A program made the translations under genes and the position numbers. The notes beneath the pieces are model-generated. The model was not told where the DNA came from and did not search any database. It was given only the letters and a program-made list of their open reading frames with translations. A DNA stretch of 64,000 bases, from the NCBI GenBank assembly GCA_002716945.1, contig PBCF01000002.1, positions 414,953-478,952 on the forward strand. Reading direction: 5' to 3'. Shown here piece by piece: positions 42,351 to 52,466 of the stretch. The number at the start of each line of letters is the position of its first letter. Positions within the stretch are counted from its first letter, which is position 1. This stretch comes from Gammaproteobacteria bacterium (GTDB lineage Bacteria > Pseudomonadota > Gammaproteobacteria > GCA-002705445 > GCA-002716945).

Positions 42351-43094
42351 ATGTCTACATTATTCATTTCAGATTTACATCTTGATCAAAGTAGACCTGA
42401 TGTTATTGATTTCTTTGTTAACTATCTTACAAGTATAGATAAAAACATTACATCAATTTATATTTTAGGAGATTTAGTTGAATACTGGGTAGGCGATGAT
42501 GACCCTGCAATTGGCTTGGAGAAAACATTTGATACATTACATCGAGTCTCTAAAGTCATCCCAATATATTTTATGCAAGGAAATAGAGATTTTATGATGT
42601 CAGAAAATTTTTGTTCAAAATATGGAATAAAATTGCTCAATGATCCAACAATAATTAGCTTGAATGAAAAGAAAATATTATTGATGCATGGAGACACTTT
42701 ATGTACTGATGATATTAAATATCAAGAATACAGAAAAATGGTGAGATCTGATAAATGGCAAACTGCAATGAAAACTAAAAGTCTAGAAGAAAGATTATCA
42801 ATTGCCAATGAATTAAGACAAAAGAGTATGCTTGAAACTAAAGATAAAAGTGCTGACATTATGGATGTAAACCAAAATGCAGTTAATGATGCTTTTATCA
42901 AATATGAGGCTGATATATTAATACATGGACATACACATCGAGCAAATATACATAATATAAAAGTTAATAATAAAAAAGTTCAAAGAATAGTATTGGGGGA
43001 TTGGTATCAATCAGCTTTTTTTCTCATATACGATAATGGAAAGACTATTATAAATAAACAAAGTTTAATGTTTAAAAAAGATCGTAACTCTTAA
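42351..43094 (+). CDS. lpxH: UDP-2,3-diacylglucosamine pyrophosphatase.
   Basis: 247 aa. Calcineurin-like motifs (FISDLHL, GDLVEYWVGDDD, GNRDF, MHGDTLCTDD, HGHTHR) closely matching LpxH. Confidence 0.9.
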   Translation: MSTLFISDLHLDQSRPDVIDFFVNYLTSIDKNITSIYILGDLVEYWVGDDDPAIGLEKTFDTLHRVSKVIPIYFMQGNRDFMMSENFCSKYGIKLLNDPTIISLNEKKILLMHGDTLCTDDIKYQEYRKMVRSDKWQTAMKTKSLEERLSIANELRQKSMLETKDKSADIMDVNQNAVNDAFIKYEADILIHGHTHRANIHNIKVNNKKVQRIVLGDWYQSAFFLIYDNGKTIINKQSLMFKKDRNS

Positions 43095-43755
43095 TCTTTG
43101 TTCCGCCATTAAGTCTCCTAAAAATATTTTTTATAATTATTCTAAAAGTCTTTATATTTTTTATTGAATTGAAATTATTTTTTAAATAGCATATTAAATC
43201 TTTTCCAGTAATAGAATTTTTAGAATCAATATTCTGTTTAACCTCTTTAAATCCAAATTCATAATCATAAAAATAGTTTTTATTATTATTTATTAAATTC
43301 TTATTGATGTTACCAAATGTTATCTCATAACCAATTTCTTTTAAGAACAGAACTTCAAAATTAAAAAAAATCAAGTCTATTGAATCAGTAGTTTCTGCCA
43401 TATAAATCATTTGATCTTTATATAAAGAAAAAATATTTTGTAATGGTTCGTGATGTGGTATAAATTTATAAATTAATTCATTAAAGTATATTCCAGCTAA
43501 ATAGGAACTATTCTTAATATTTTTATAATCGTTTGTGATTTCATAGTTAGTCATTAAAGATAATCTTTCTTTTGGTATATATGAAACCTTAAGTTCTCTA
43601 AAAGGTTTAAGATTTGTATAACCTTTCTTTGATTTAATACCTTTTCCAAGTACACTCATAAGACCTTTATTTCTCGTGAGTAATTGATAAATCATACTGG
43701 TTTCTCCATATGATCTAGAATGAATTATGAATGAATTTTCCAATAATACTTTCAA
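43072..43755 (-). CDS. recO: DNA repair protein RecO.
   Basis: 227 aa. N-terminal OB-fold region similar to RecO (IIHSRSYGETSMIYQLLT...GKGIKSKK). Conserved era-recO position. Confidence 0.8.
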   Translation of the reverse strand: MKVLLENSFIIHSRSYGETSMIYQLLTRNKGLMSVLGKGIKSKKGYTNLKPFRELKVSYIPKERLSLMTNYEITNDYKNIKNSSYLAGIYFNELIYKFIPHHEPLQNIFSLYKDQMIYMAETTDSIDLIFFNFEVLFLKEIGYEITFGNINKNLINNNKNYFYDYEFGFKEVKQNIDSKNSITGKDLICYLKNNFNSIKNIKTFRIIIKNIFRRLNGGTKIKSYDLF

Positions 43756-44630
43756 TTAATATAACCTAAATCTTTTAAAAAAACGTAATTATTTTTCCAA
43801 TTTTTTTTAACTAATACCTTTAAATCAATAAAGAATTTACATTGAAAATTTTTTTCTAAAATTTTTCTTGACTGTGTTCCAATATTTTTTAACATTTCTC
43901 CATTTTTTCCAATAATAATTTTTTTTTGATTTTCCTTATCAACATATATATCAGCCTTTATGATTTTTAAATCTTTTTTATCAGTAAAAGTAATAACTTT
44001 TACTGCAGAATCATAAGGTAGTTCAAATTTTGTTAATTCTACAATAACACCTCTAATTAATTCTTGAGTAAATAATTTTTTATTTTGGTTATAATATTTT
44101 TTATATTGATGATTATTATTTGGTGAAGTTAAATTCTTAGTTATACCTTTATCAATAAAATCTTTTAGACCAATTTTCTTTAATAAAGAAATAAAAAATA
44201 TTTTATCATTGTACTTTCTTTTAAGTGATGATCTTAATAAATCATACTCATTGTTTTTTAATTTATCTATTTTATTAATAACATAAATAATTTTATTATT
44301 TATTGAGTTTAAGTTGATGATTGAATTTTCAAAATTACCAAATTTGAGTGAATCAGTAACTAATATTAGTAAATTAATACTATTTAATGCTTTTAAGTAT
44401 TCATTTTGCATAGATTTAGATAGTAAATTGTTTTCTTTTGTTGATATCCCAGGTGTATCTACTAATATAATATTTGAATCATTAATTTTTAATTCATTAT
44501 ATATGTTTATTCTTGTAGTCTGTGGTTTAGAGCTTGATGATGTAACGTATTTATTACATAAAAAATTAACTAGAGTAGATTTTCCAACATTACTTCTACC
44601 TACTACAGAGATATAAAAATTATTTTTCAT
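43752..44630 (-). CDS. era: GTPase Era.
   Basis: 292 aa. G1 GRSNVGKSTL, G3 DTPG, and a C-terminal KH domain. Confidence 0.9.
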   Translation of the reverse strand: MKNNFYISVVGRSNVGKSTLVNFLCNKYVTSSSSKPQTTRINIYNELKINDSNIILVDTPGISTKENNLLSKSMQNEYLKALNSINLLILVTDSLKFGNFENSIINLNSINNKIIYVINKIDKLKNNEYDLLRSSLKRKYNDKIFFISLLKKIGLKDFIDKGITKNLTSPNNNHQYKKYYNQNKKLFTQELIRGVIVELTKFELPYDSAVKVITFTDKKDLKIIKADIYVDKENQKKIIIGKNGEMLKNIGTQSRKILEKNFQCKFFIDLKVLVKKNWKNNYVFLKDLGYIN

Positions 44631-45306
44631 TTAATTTTCTCAGTATTATACGTGCTACCTGTTGTTCTCCTTCTTTAACAGTGTTTGATGTAACAGAATA
44701 ACTCTGCTTAAATGCATCTATTTTGCATGAAACTTTAAATCTTGGTTTATGATCAGGGCTGGTAAGTTTTGTTTTTTTATAAGATGGTAATGCATAATTT
44801 TTTGCTTGTGTATATTCTTGCAATTGAGTCTTAGGATCTTTCTTTCCTATTTCTTCATTATTTTTAATTTCATGTAAAAATAATTTGCTCAGGATTCTTT
44901 TACACTTATCATAATTAGCATCTAAATATATAGCCCCTACTATTGATTCAAAAACATCTGCCAAAAGTAATGATTTTTTAAAATTTATAGTATTTTTTTT
45001 TGATATAACAACTTGATCTAATTGCATTTTTTTAGCAAAGTTATTCAATGCTCTTCTACTTACAAGCCTTTGTCTTTCTCTCGTTAGTATTCCCTCATCA
45101 ATTTTTTTATATTTAGATATTAATAATTCAGTAACAATAAGTTGGATTACGGCATCACCCAAAAATTCTAATCTTTCATAATTATCCTTACTAAAACTTT
45201 TATGGGTTATTGCTGCAATAATTAATTTTTCATCTTTAAAAGTATGATTGAATTTTGATTCGACTAATATAATAAAGTCCTCGTAATATATATCAGACTT
45301 ATTCAA
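44620..45306 (-). CDS. rnc: Ribonuclease III.
   Basis: 228 aa. RNase III signature ERLEFLGDAV and a C-terminal dsRBD. Confidence 0.93.
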   Translation of the reverse strand: MNKSDIYYEDFIILVESKFNHTFKDEKLIIAAITHKSFSKDNYERLEFLGDAVIQLIVTELLISKYKKIDEGILTRERQRLVSRRALNNFAKKMQLDQVVISKKNTINFKKSLLLADVFESIVGAIYLDANYDKCKRILSKLFLHEIKNNEEIGKKDPKTQLQEYTQAKNYALPSYKKTKLTSPDHKPRFKVSCKIDAFKQSYSVTSNTVKEGEQQVARIILRKLNEK

Positions 45307-46045
45307 TTGACATACCTACTCTATCAATTAATTTATACTCGCTATCATAATTCCAAAACATCCAAATAAAGAATGCTTTGCCAATAATATTTTTTTCAGG
45401 AACTGATCCCCAGTATCTGCTATCATTACTATTATCTCTATTATCCCCAAGCACAAAATAACTATTGTCAGGAACAACGTATGAAAAATTCTGTGAGTGA
45501 TCTTGTTTATTAACTAAAATTTTATATTTTTTAGTATCAAATCTTTCTTCAAAAATTTCTGATAGTCCAATGTCTTGTTGGGGTATATTTTTTGAAAATA
45601 TTTTTTTCTGCAATATTTTCTGACCATTAATTAAAATATTTTTATCTATATAATCAATTCTGTCCCCAGGTAGTGCAACTACTCTTTTAATATAATTAAT
45701 ATTTTTATCTAATGGATATTGGAAGACAATAACATCTCCATAATCTGGTCTTTCATTATCTATTATAGTTAGATTTGATAATGGCATCTTTATACCATAT
45801 ATATTTTTATCAACTAATATAAAATCACCCGCAACTAATGTTGGAATCATTGAACCGGATGGTATTCTATAAGGTTCTATAATAAATGAACGTATTAATA
45901 GAACAATCAGTAGTATTGGGAAAATAGATATTGAAAAATCAATTATACTGTTGTTTTTAAGGTTAATCGTGCTTAATTTACTTATCAATGAAATCAATCC
46001 AGTAAACAAAGTTAAAACTACTAATATAAAAGTAAAATCCAACAT
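45299..46045 (-). CDS. lepB: Signal peptidase I.
   Basis: 248 aa. Catalytic SGSMIPTL Ser box, Lys box and GDNRDNSNDSRYWG box. Confidence 0.9.
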   Translation of the reverse strand: MLDFTFILVVLTLFTGLISLISKLSTINLKNNSIIDFSISIFPILLIVLLIRSFIIEPYRIPSGSMIPTLVAGDFILVDKNIYGIKMPLSNLTIIDNERPDYGDVIVFQYPLDKNINYIKRVVALPGDRIDYIDKNILINGQKILQKKIFSKNIPQQDIGLSEIFEERFDTKKYKILVNKQDHSQNFSYVVPDNSYFVLGDNRDNSNDSRYWGSVPEKNIIGKAFFIWMFWNYDSEYKLIDRVGMSIE

Positions 46046-47832
46046 TATGATTTTGGAGACATAAATTTATAAAAGGCTTCTCTTGGTATCTCAACATTGC
46101 CTATTTTCTTCATTTTCTTTTTTCCTTCTTTTTGTTTTTCTAATAATTTCATTTTTCTTGTTACATCACCACCATAAAGTTTAGCAGTCACGTCTTTCCT
46201 GTAACCTTTAATTGATGTTGATGACAATATTTTAGAGCCAACGCATCCTTGAATAGTTATTTCAAAGTTCTGTCTAGGTATTAATTCTTTTAAATTTTCA
46301 ATTAAAGTTCTAGATTTTTTTTGTGATTCTTCTTTATGCATTATCTGTGACAAAGCATCGATTTTCTTCTTATTAACTAAAATATCTAATTTCAACATGT
46401 TACTTATTCTATAATCAATAATTTCATAGTCATATGAGGCATAACCTTTAGTATAAGATTTTAATTTATCAAAAAAATCAAAAATTATCTCGGATAGTGG
46501 TATCTCAAATTGGATTTCTACTGATTTAGATAAATATTGTACATTTGTTTGTTTTGCGCGCTTTTTAATACATAAATCAATAACTGAACCTAGATATTCT
46601 TGTGGTGTTATTATTTTTATTAAAGCAATAGGTTCATAAAAATCTTTTATTTGATTACTGTCCGGTAAATCTCTGGGACTCTTAATATAAATAATTTCTC
46701 CTTTTTTATTTTCTATTTTGTATGTCACAGATGGTATTGTCATTAAAAATTCTAAGTTATATTCTCTTTGTACTCTCTCTCTTATTATTTCCATATGTAA
46801 TAATCCTAAAAAACCACATCTAAATCCATGACCTAGTGATTGTGAATTTTCTGGTTCATATGTAAATGATGTATCATTTAATGATAATTTATCGAGTGCT
46901 TTTTTTGATTCCTGGTAATTCTTAGAATCTACAGGATAAAAGCCAGAAAATACTCTCGGTTGAATCTTTTTAAAACCAGGAATTGGTTTTGCAGAATTAT
47001 ATCGTACATCAATAACAGTATCACCGACTTGCACAGAATCTAAATTTTTTATAGACGCAATAATAAAGCCCACTTCACCAGATTTTAATTTATCTAAATA
47101 TTTTATTTGCGGAGTAAATATACCTACTTTATCAATGATAAATTCTCTCTTATTTGATAATACTTGTATTTTTTGTTTTGGCTCTATAGTACCACTTATT
47201 ATTTTAACCAACGTGACAACACCTAAATATTTATCAAACCATGAATCAATAATACCAGCTTTTGCTAAATTATGATTTTCAGTTTTGGGTGTAGGTACTT
47301 TTTTAATAACCTCAGGGATTATATTTTCCACACCTAAACCTGATTTAGCACTAATTTCAAGTATTTCACTCTCATTAATTTGCAGCATGTTAGCTAAATC
47401 TTTTTTAACATCACTTGGGTAAGCTGATGGTAAATCTATTTTGTTTATGATTGGAATTATTGTTAAGCCTAAACTCTGAGCCAATTCTGTATGAGCTATA
47501 CTTTGTGCCTCTATACCTTGAGTTGCATCTACAATTAATAAAGCTCCATCGGATGCTGATAGTGATCTAGAGACCTCATATGAAAAGTCCACATGACCTG
47601 GAGTGTCGATAAGATTGATTTGATAGTCATTTTTTTTGACATTATAGTTCAAAGTAACAGTTTGAGCTTTAATCGTAATGCCTCGTTCACGTTCTAAATC
47701 CATAGAATCCAATATTTGATCTTTAATTTGCCTAGATTGATTGTCTCCAAATTTTTCTATTAATCTATCTGCTAATGTAGATTTACCGTGATCAATATGA
47801 GCTATAATTGAAATATTACGAATATTTTTCAT
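46045..47832 (-). CDS. lepA: Elongation factor 4 (LepA).
   Basis: 595 aa. N-terminal GTPase (IAHIDHGKSTL, DTPGHVDF). LepA-specific C-terminal domain. Confidence 0.97.
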   Translation of the reverse strand: MKNIRNISIIAHIDHGKSTLADRLIEKFGDNQSRQIKDQILDSMDLERERGITIKAQTVTLNYNVKKNDYQINLIDTPGHVDFSYEVSRSLSASDGALLIVDATQGIEAQSIAHTELAQSLGLTIIPIINKIDLPSAYPSDVKKDLANMLQINESEILEISAKSGLGVENIIPEVIKKVPTPKTENHNLAKAGIIDSWFDKYLGVVTLVKIISGTIEPKQKIQVLSNKREFIIDKVGIFTPQIKYLDKLKSGEVGFIIASIKNLDSVQVGDTVIDVRYNSAKPIPGFKKIQPRVFSGFYPVDSKNYQESKKALDKLSLNDTSFTYEPENSQSLGHGFRCGFLGLLHMEIIRERVQREYNLEFLMTIPSVTYKIENKKGEIIYIKSPRDLPDSNQIKDFYEPIALIKIITPQEYLGSVIDLCIKKRAKQTNVQYLSKSVEIQFEIPLSEIIFDFFDKLKSYTKGYASYDYEIIDYRISNMLKLDILVNKKKIDALSQIMHKEESQKKSRTLIENLKELIPRQNFEITIQGCVGSKILSSTSIKGYRKDVTAKLYGGDVTRKMKLLEKQKEGKKKMKKIGNVEIPREAFYKFMSPKS

Positions 47833-47872
47833 TTAACTTATATAATATATAAGCATAAATAAACATCAATGA

Positions 47873-49276
47873 TTAAGGAATTTTTATTGCAAGATATAAT
47901 GGAGAAGAATTTCTATATACTAAGAAATTGGCGTAATCATTCTTTTCAATTTTTTTAAATCTTGTTTCAAAATCTGTAGAATTAGATATAGGTACATTAT
48001 TCATATGGGTTATAATATCACCTATTCTTAGCCTTGACTGATTTGCTATTGCGTTAGATATTTCTTTTACTATGACCCCGCCATTTATGTTTAATTCTTG
48101 TTTGACTTTATTATCAATATCAATCACAGTGATCCCGGCGACTTTAACTTTATCAACTAGATTGCTATCCATCTTTGAGATTTTTTCATCCGTTGGAAGC
48201 TCTTCGATTTTGATTTTTTTGACAATTTTTTTTCCATTTCTAAGTAATTCAATACTTACAGACTTTCCAATTTCTGTATTACCTACCACAAGAGGTAAAT
48301 CTTTTGATTTGTTAATATTATTACCATCAAATTGTAAAATAACATCACCAGAGGAAAGACCAGCTTTTTCTGCAGGGCTATCTTCTAGAACTTTAGCAAC
48401 AACTGCGCCCGTAGGTTTATTCATACCAAAACTTTTAGCCAAGTTTTTGTCTACTTCTTGAATAAAAATACCGAGCCAACCTCTACGAACTTTTCCAGTC
48501 TGCTTTAGCTGATTATATACACTACTTACAGTCTCTGATGGTATAGCAAAAGATACTCCCATAAATCCACCAGTTCTACTATAGATTTGTGCATTTACTC
48601 CAACAACTTCTCCATTAAGATTAAACAAAGGGCCTCCAGAATTTCCAGGATTAATTGCTACATCTGTTTGTATATAGGGAACATAATTTTCATTTGGAAG
48701 ATTTCTTTGTTTACCACTGACGATGCCAGCGGTAACTGTATGATCAAAACCAAATGGTGATCCTATTGCCAAAACCCACTCACCAACTTTTAAATTTTTA
48801 GACTTCCCCATTGATACTGTTGGTAAATTTGTTTCAGTCACTTTTAGTAATGCAAGATCACTTCGCTCATCAAAACCAATCAATTTAGCATCTAATATGG
48901 TTCGATCTGATAGAGTAGCTGTAATTGTGTCTGAATCTTTTATAACGTGATAGTTTGTCATTATAAATCCATCTTTGGATATAATAAAACCAGATCCAAA
49001 ACTTGGAGTTGGCCTATTTTGATTTCCAAAATTTCTATCATTAAAAAATTTTTCCATAAAATCTCTCAAATCATCTGGCGTTTTGGGGGAATTAAAAGAA
49101 TCATTTGGAGATTGTTCTGAAATGTTACGCACAGCATTAACTATTACTACAGCTTTAATATTTTTATCAACTATAGAAGTGAAATCTGGGAGTGAAGTTT
49201 GCGCTGTAATCGCTGTAGAAAATAAAATAGATAAAAATATAACTATAAGCTTAGAATTTTTAAGTAATGGAATCAT
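47873..49276 (-). CDS. Periplasmic serine endoprotease of the DegP/HtrA (MucD) type with two PDZ domains.
   Basis: 467 aa. Signal peptide. Catalytic triad context (TNYHV, D..LLK, GNSGGPL). Two PDZ domains. Position between rpoE and lepA as for mucD in pseudomonads. Confidence 0.9.
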   Translation of the reverse strand: MIPLLKNSKLIVIFLSILFSTAITAQTSLPDFTSIVDKNIKAVVIVNAVRNISEQSPNDSFNSPKTPDDLRDFMEKFFNDRNFGNQNRPTPSFGSGFIISKDGFIMTNYHVIKDSDTITATLSDRTILDAKLIGFDERSDLALLKVTETNLPTVSMGKSKNLKVGEWVLAIGSPFGFDHTVTAGIVSGKQRNLPNENYVPYIQTDVAINPGNSGGPLFNLNGEVVGVNAQIYSRTGGFMGVSFAIPSETVSSVYNQLKQTGKVRRGWLGIFIQEVDKNLAKSFGMNKPTGAVVAKVLEDSPAEKAGLSSGDVILQFDGNNINKSKDLPLVVGNTEIGKSVSIELLRNGKKIVKKIKIEELPTDEKISKMDSNLVDKVKVAGITVIDIDNKVKQELNINGGVIVKEISNAIANQSRLRIGDIITHMNNVPISNSTDFETRFKKIEKNDYANFLVYRNSSPLYLAIKIP

Positions 49277-49279
49277 TCT

Positions 49280-49639
49280 TTATTGACAGTTTTTATTAGA
49301 TAATCGACTATTTTTATCCTTGGTATCGCATTCTTCTACAAGATTATCATTTGTAACATTATAGGTTTGAGGGTTTTGATTAATAATAGTTTCAGGTTTT
49401 TTAGAAAATTCAACTGGAGTAACTGTGGCAAATTTTATAAAGAATAATGTAACAATAGCAACAGATGCTGCTGTTGCAAATTGCATAAAGAATCCAACAT
49501 TCTTTTGATCGGAACTTTTTTTAATATTATTAATGACATTATGTGAAAAGTTTTTAGAAAGATAACGAGGATAATCCTTTTTTAAAAAAGATTTTATAAA
49601 ATATAATATTTCTGTTTGTTTAATTTTATCTCTATCCAT
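49280..49639 (-). CDS. Putative membrane-anchored anti-sigma-E factor (short RseA/MucA-like). Identity uncertain.
   Basis: 119 aa. Cytoplasmic N-terminus of about 50 aa, a single TM helix (FMQFATAASVAIVTLFFIKF), short periplasmic tail. Start overlaps the rpoE stop. No clear sequence similarity to RseA seen by eye. Confidence 0.4.
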   Translation of the reverse strand: MDRDKIKQTEILYFIKSFLKKDYPRYLSKNFSHNVINNIKKSSDQKNVGFFMQFATAASVAIVTLFFIKFATVTPVEFSKKPETIINQNPQTYNVTNDNLVEECDTKDKNSRLSNKNCQ

Positions 49640-50204
49640 TTTTTATTATCTTTTTCATTTCTGATATTAATATCTCTCTTGCTCTATGTAACCTAGATCT
49701 GACAGTTCCAATAGGCAATTCTGTTGTCTTTGATATTTGCTCATAACTTAAATCTTCTATTTCCCTAAGTTTGACTAATTGTCTTAATTCTTCAGGTAAA
49801 TTATTATATGCTTTTTCAGTCTCATTTGCCAAATTTTGCATATTATAGTAATGATCTGGCATATTTTCCAAATTATAAGCCTCATTACTATCTATTAGAC
49901 CAGAATTTTCTGAAATAGTTTCCTTTTCTTTGGTTTTTTCTTTCGAATTTATATAGTTTATAGAGCAATTTATTGCAATTCTATGTAACCATGAATAAAA
50001 CTGACTTTCAAATCTAAAATTTGAAAGCCCGTTGTAAGCTTTTATGAATGATTCTTGAGCAACGTCCTCAGCATCAGCATAATTTTTAGTATATTTGAAG
50101 CATAGATTAATGATGCGAGTTTGATATTTTTTAACAATTAATTCAAATGCATCAATATCTCCATTCTGACATTGTTTGATTATACTTTGATCGTCTATTT
50201 CCAT
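49632..50204 (-). CDS. rpoE: ECF RNA polymerase sigma factor sigma-E.
   Basis: Region 2 (DAEDVAQESFIKAY, FYSWLHRIAIN) and region 4 (SYEQIS..GTVRSRLHRAR) motifs. Start set to the internal Met at 50204 by alignment with RpoE N-termini. This removes the divergent overlap with nadB. Confidence 0.9.
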   Translation of the reverse strand: MEIDDQSIIKQCQNGDIDAFELIVKKYQTRIINLCFKYTKNYADAEDVAQESFIKAYNGLSNFRFESQFYSWLHRIAINCSINYINSKEKTKEKETISENSGLIDSNEAYNLENMPDHYYNMQNLANETEKAYNNLPEELRQLVKLREIEDLSYEQISKTTELPIGTVRSRLHRAREILISEMKKIIKNG

Positions 50205-50269
50205 AGTTGCATATCTCAAGTATATGTATTTCTATAAAATCGTATATAATAATATTATTTTCATTATAT

Positions 50270-51886
50270 ATGAATAACCGCAAAAAAACGGATATTTTGA
50301 TTATAGGTGCTGGGCTATCTGGTTTGGTTACTGGATTAATATTGTCTAAAAAATATAAAGTAACCTTAATTACAAAACAAAACTTAGATAAGTGTTCAAC
50401 TGCATGGGCTCAAGGGGGCATTGCAGCTGCACTTAGTTCAAGTGATAATTTTGAAAAACATATTGAAGATACAATAAAAAATGGACACGGACTCGTTGAT
50501 GAAGATGTTTCAAGATTAATAATACAAGAAGCCCCAAATTGTATTAGATGGTTAGAAGAGAATGGAATAGTATTTAGTAGACATGGGGATGAAATTGATT
50601 TAGGTCTTGAGGGCGGACATAGTGAAAGAAGAATAGCTCATATTCGCGATGAGACAGGAAAAATCATTCATAAAAAATTATCTCATATTGTTAAGTTGAA
50701 TAATAATATTGAAATTATTGAAAACTCTATGGCAATAGATTTGATAATAGATATAAATCAAAAAGTGAAAACATGTCTAGGCGCATATGTTTTTGATTGT
50801 AATAATAAAAGTGTTACAACAATTTCTGCAAAAAATATAATTATTAGTACTGGTGGCGCCAGTAAAGTATATCAATATACTTCTAATCCAAATACATCAA
50901 CAGGGGATGGTATTGCTATGGCCTGGAGAGCTGGTTGTACAATAGCTAATATGGAATTTGTACAATTTCATCCAACATGCATATATCATCCGCTTGCAAA
51001 ATCATTTTTAATCTCTGAGGCTCTCAGAGGTGAAGGAGGAAAATTATTATCACCCTCCAGCGCAAGATTTATGAAAAAATATGATGAAAGACAAGAATTA
51101 GCTTCCCGAGATATCGTCGCAAGAGCAATTGATTACGAAATGAAAAAATATGGTTACACAAATGTATTACTTGATATTAGTCATAAATCAGCTAGCTTTA
51201 TAAAAAGAAGATTTCCATTAATATATAAAAAATGTAATGAACTTGGTATAGATATAACTAAAGAAGCAATTCCTGTAGTTCCAGCATCACATTACACATG
51301 TGGTGGAGTACAAGCAAAATTAAATGGCCAAACTGAAATAAATAATTTATACGTAATAGGAGAAGCTGCACACACTGGTTTTCATGGCGCTAATAGACTC
51401 GCCAGCAATTCACTCTTAGAATGTCTAGTTATGTCAAAAATGTGTTCAGAATCAATTTGCAATATAAGTGATAAAAAAAGTGACAATAATAGTTTACGTC
51501 TTTGGAATGATAGCTATGTCACAGATTCAAAAGAAAATATTATGATCTCACATAATTGGGATGAATTAAGAAAAATTATGTGGAACTATGTAGGAATAGT
51601 TAGATCCGACAAAAGATTAACAAGTGCAAAAATCAGATTGAAGATTATAGAAGATGAAGTTAATGATTACTATCATCATCACAAAATAGATAAAGATTTA
51701 TTAGAATTAAGAAATATTATTGAAATATCTAGTTTAATTATTGATTCAGCGTTATCAAGGAAAGAAAGTCGAGGCTTGCATTATTCAATAGACTACCCAT
51801 TAACTAAAACAGAATACAAAAAAAATACACTTATACATGGAAAGCGTGGAGATTACTTTATGAAATTAGTTCATTCTAAAGTTTGA
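50270..51886 (+). CDS. nadB: L-aspartate oxidase.
   Basis: FAD-binding [12 protein letters not shown]. Active-site region around RGEGG. Start moved to Met at 50270 ([13 protein letters not shown]). Divergent from rpoE as in E. coli. Confidence 0.92.
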   Translation: MNNRKKTDILIIGAGLSGLVTGLILSKKYKVTLITKQNLDKCSTAWAQGGIAAALSSSDNFEKHIEDTIKNGHGLVDEDVSRLIIQEAPNCIRWLEENGIVFSRHGDEIDLGLEGGHSERRIAHIRDETGKIIHKKLSHIVKLNNNIEIIENSMAIDLIIDINQKVKTCLGAYVFDCNNKSVTTISAKNIIISTGGASKVYQYTSNPNTSTGDGIAMAWRAGCTIANMEFVQFHPTCIYHPLAKSFLISEALRGEGGKLLSPSSARFMKKYDERQELASRDIVARAIDYEMKKYGYTNVLLDISHKSASFIKRRFPLIYKKCNELGIDITKEAIPVVPASHYTCGGVQAKLNGQTEINNLYVIGEAAHTGFHGANRLASNSLLECLVMSKMCSESICNISDKKSDNNSLRLWNDSYVTDSKENIMISHNWDELRKIMWNYVGIVRSDKRLTSAKIRLKIIEDEVNDYYHHHKIDKDLLELRNIIEISSLIIDSALSRKESRGLHYSIDYPLTKTEYKKNTLIHGKRGDYFMKLVHSKV

Positions 51887-52424
51887 ATAATGTTTTTCTA
51901 TAATATCTTAATTCTTCAATTGATTCTCTAATATCATCAAGCGCTCTATGTTTAGAATTTTTTTGAAATTTATCTGTATCCTCAAAATACCATCGTTTCC
52001 CTAATTCTCTTATTGAACTTACATCAATATTTCTGTAATGACAGAAAGCTTCAAGCTCTGGCATACACCTTGCAAGAAATCTTCTATCTTGACATATAGT
52101 ATTTCCGCACATTGGCGATTGTCCTTTTAGTGCGTATTTTTCTAAAAATTTTATGGTGTCTTTCTCAGCTTGAGTTTCGTTTATAGAACTTTTTGCTATT
52201 TTATCTAAAAGACCACTATGAGAATGAGTGTTTTGATTCCAATCATCCATATTCTTTAAAACTTCATTAGGTTGATTAATTACAAGATTAGGACCTTCAT
52301 CAAGTATGTTAAGATTTTTGTCAGTAACAATTGAGGCAATTTCTATAATATAATCTCTTTGAGTGTCTAATCCTGTCATCTCTAAATCAATCCATATTAA
52401 ATTACTTTTATCTTTCATCATCAT
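51876..52424 (-). CDS. orn: Oligoribonuclease.
   Basis: 182 aa. DEDDh exonuclease motifs ([12 protein letters not shown]..., H..LDDIRESI). Confidence 0.93.
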   Translation of the reverse strand: MMMKDKSNLIWIDLEMTGLDTQRDYIIEIASIVTDKNLNILDEGPNLVINQPNEVLKNMDDWNQNTHSHSGLLDKIAKSSINETQAEKDTIKFLEKYALKGQSPMCGNTICQDRRFLARCMPELEAFCHYRNIDVSSIRELGKRWYFEDTDKFQKNSKHRALDDIRESIEELRYYRKTLFKL

Positions 52425-52466
52425 AGAGTAGTATATCTAAATAGAATTCAAAAAAATACTATTATA

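Noticed and set aside
50204-50270. Apparent 13-bp overlap of divergent rpoE and nadB start codons in the ORF track.
   Set aside because: Alignment with known N-termini places both starts at internal Met codons (rpoE at 50204, nadB at 50270). This leaves a normal 65-bp divergent promoter region, as in E. coli nadB/rpoE.
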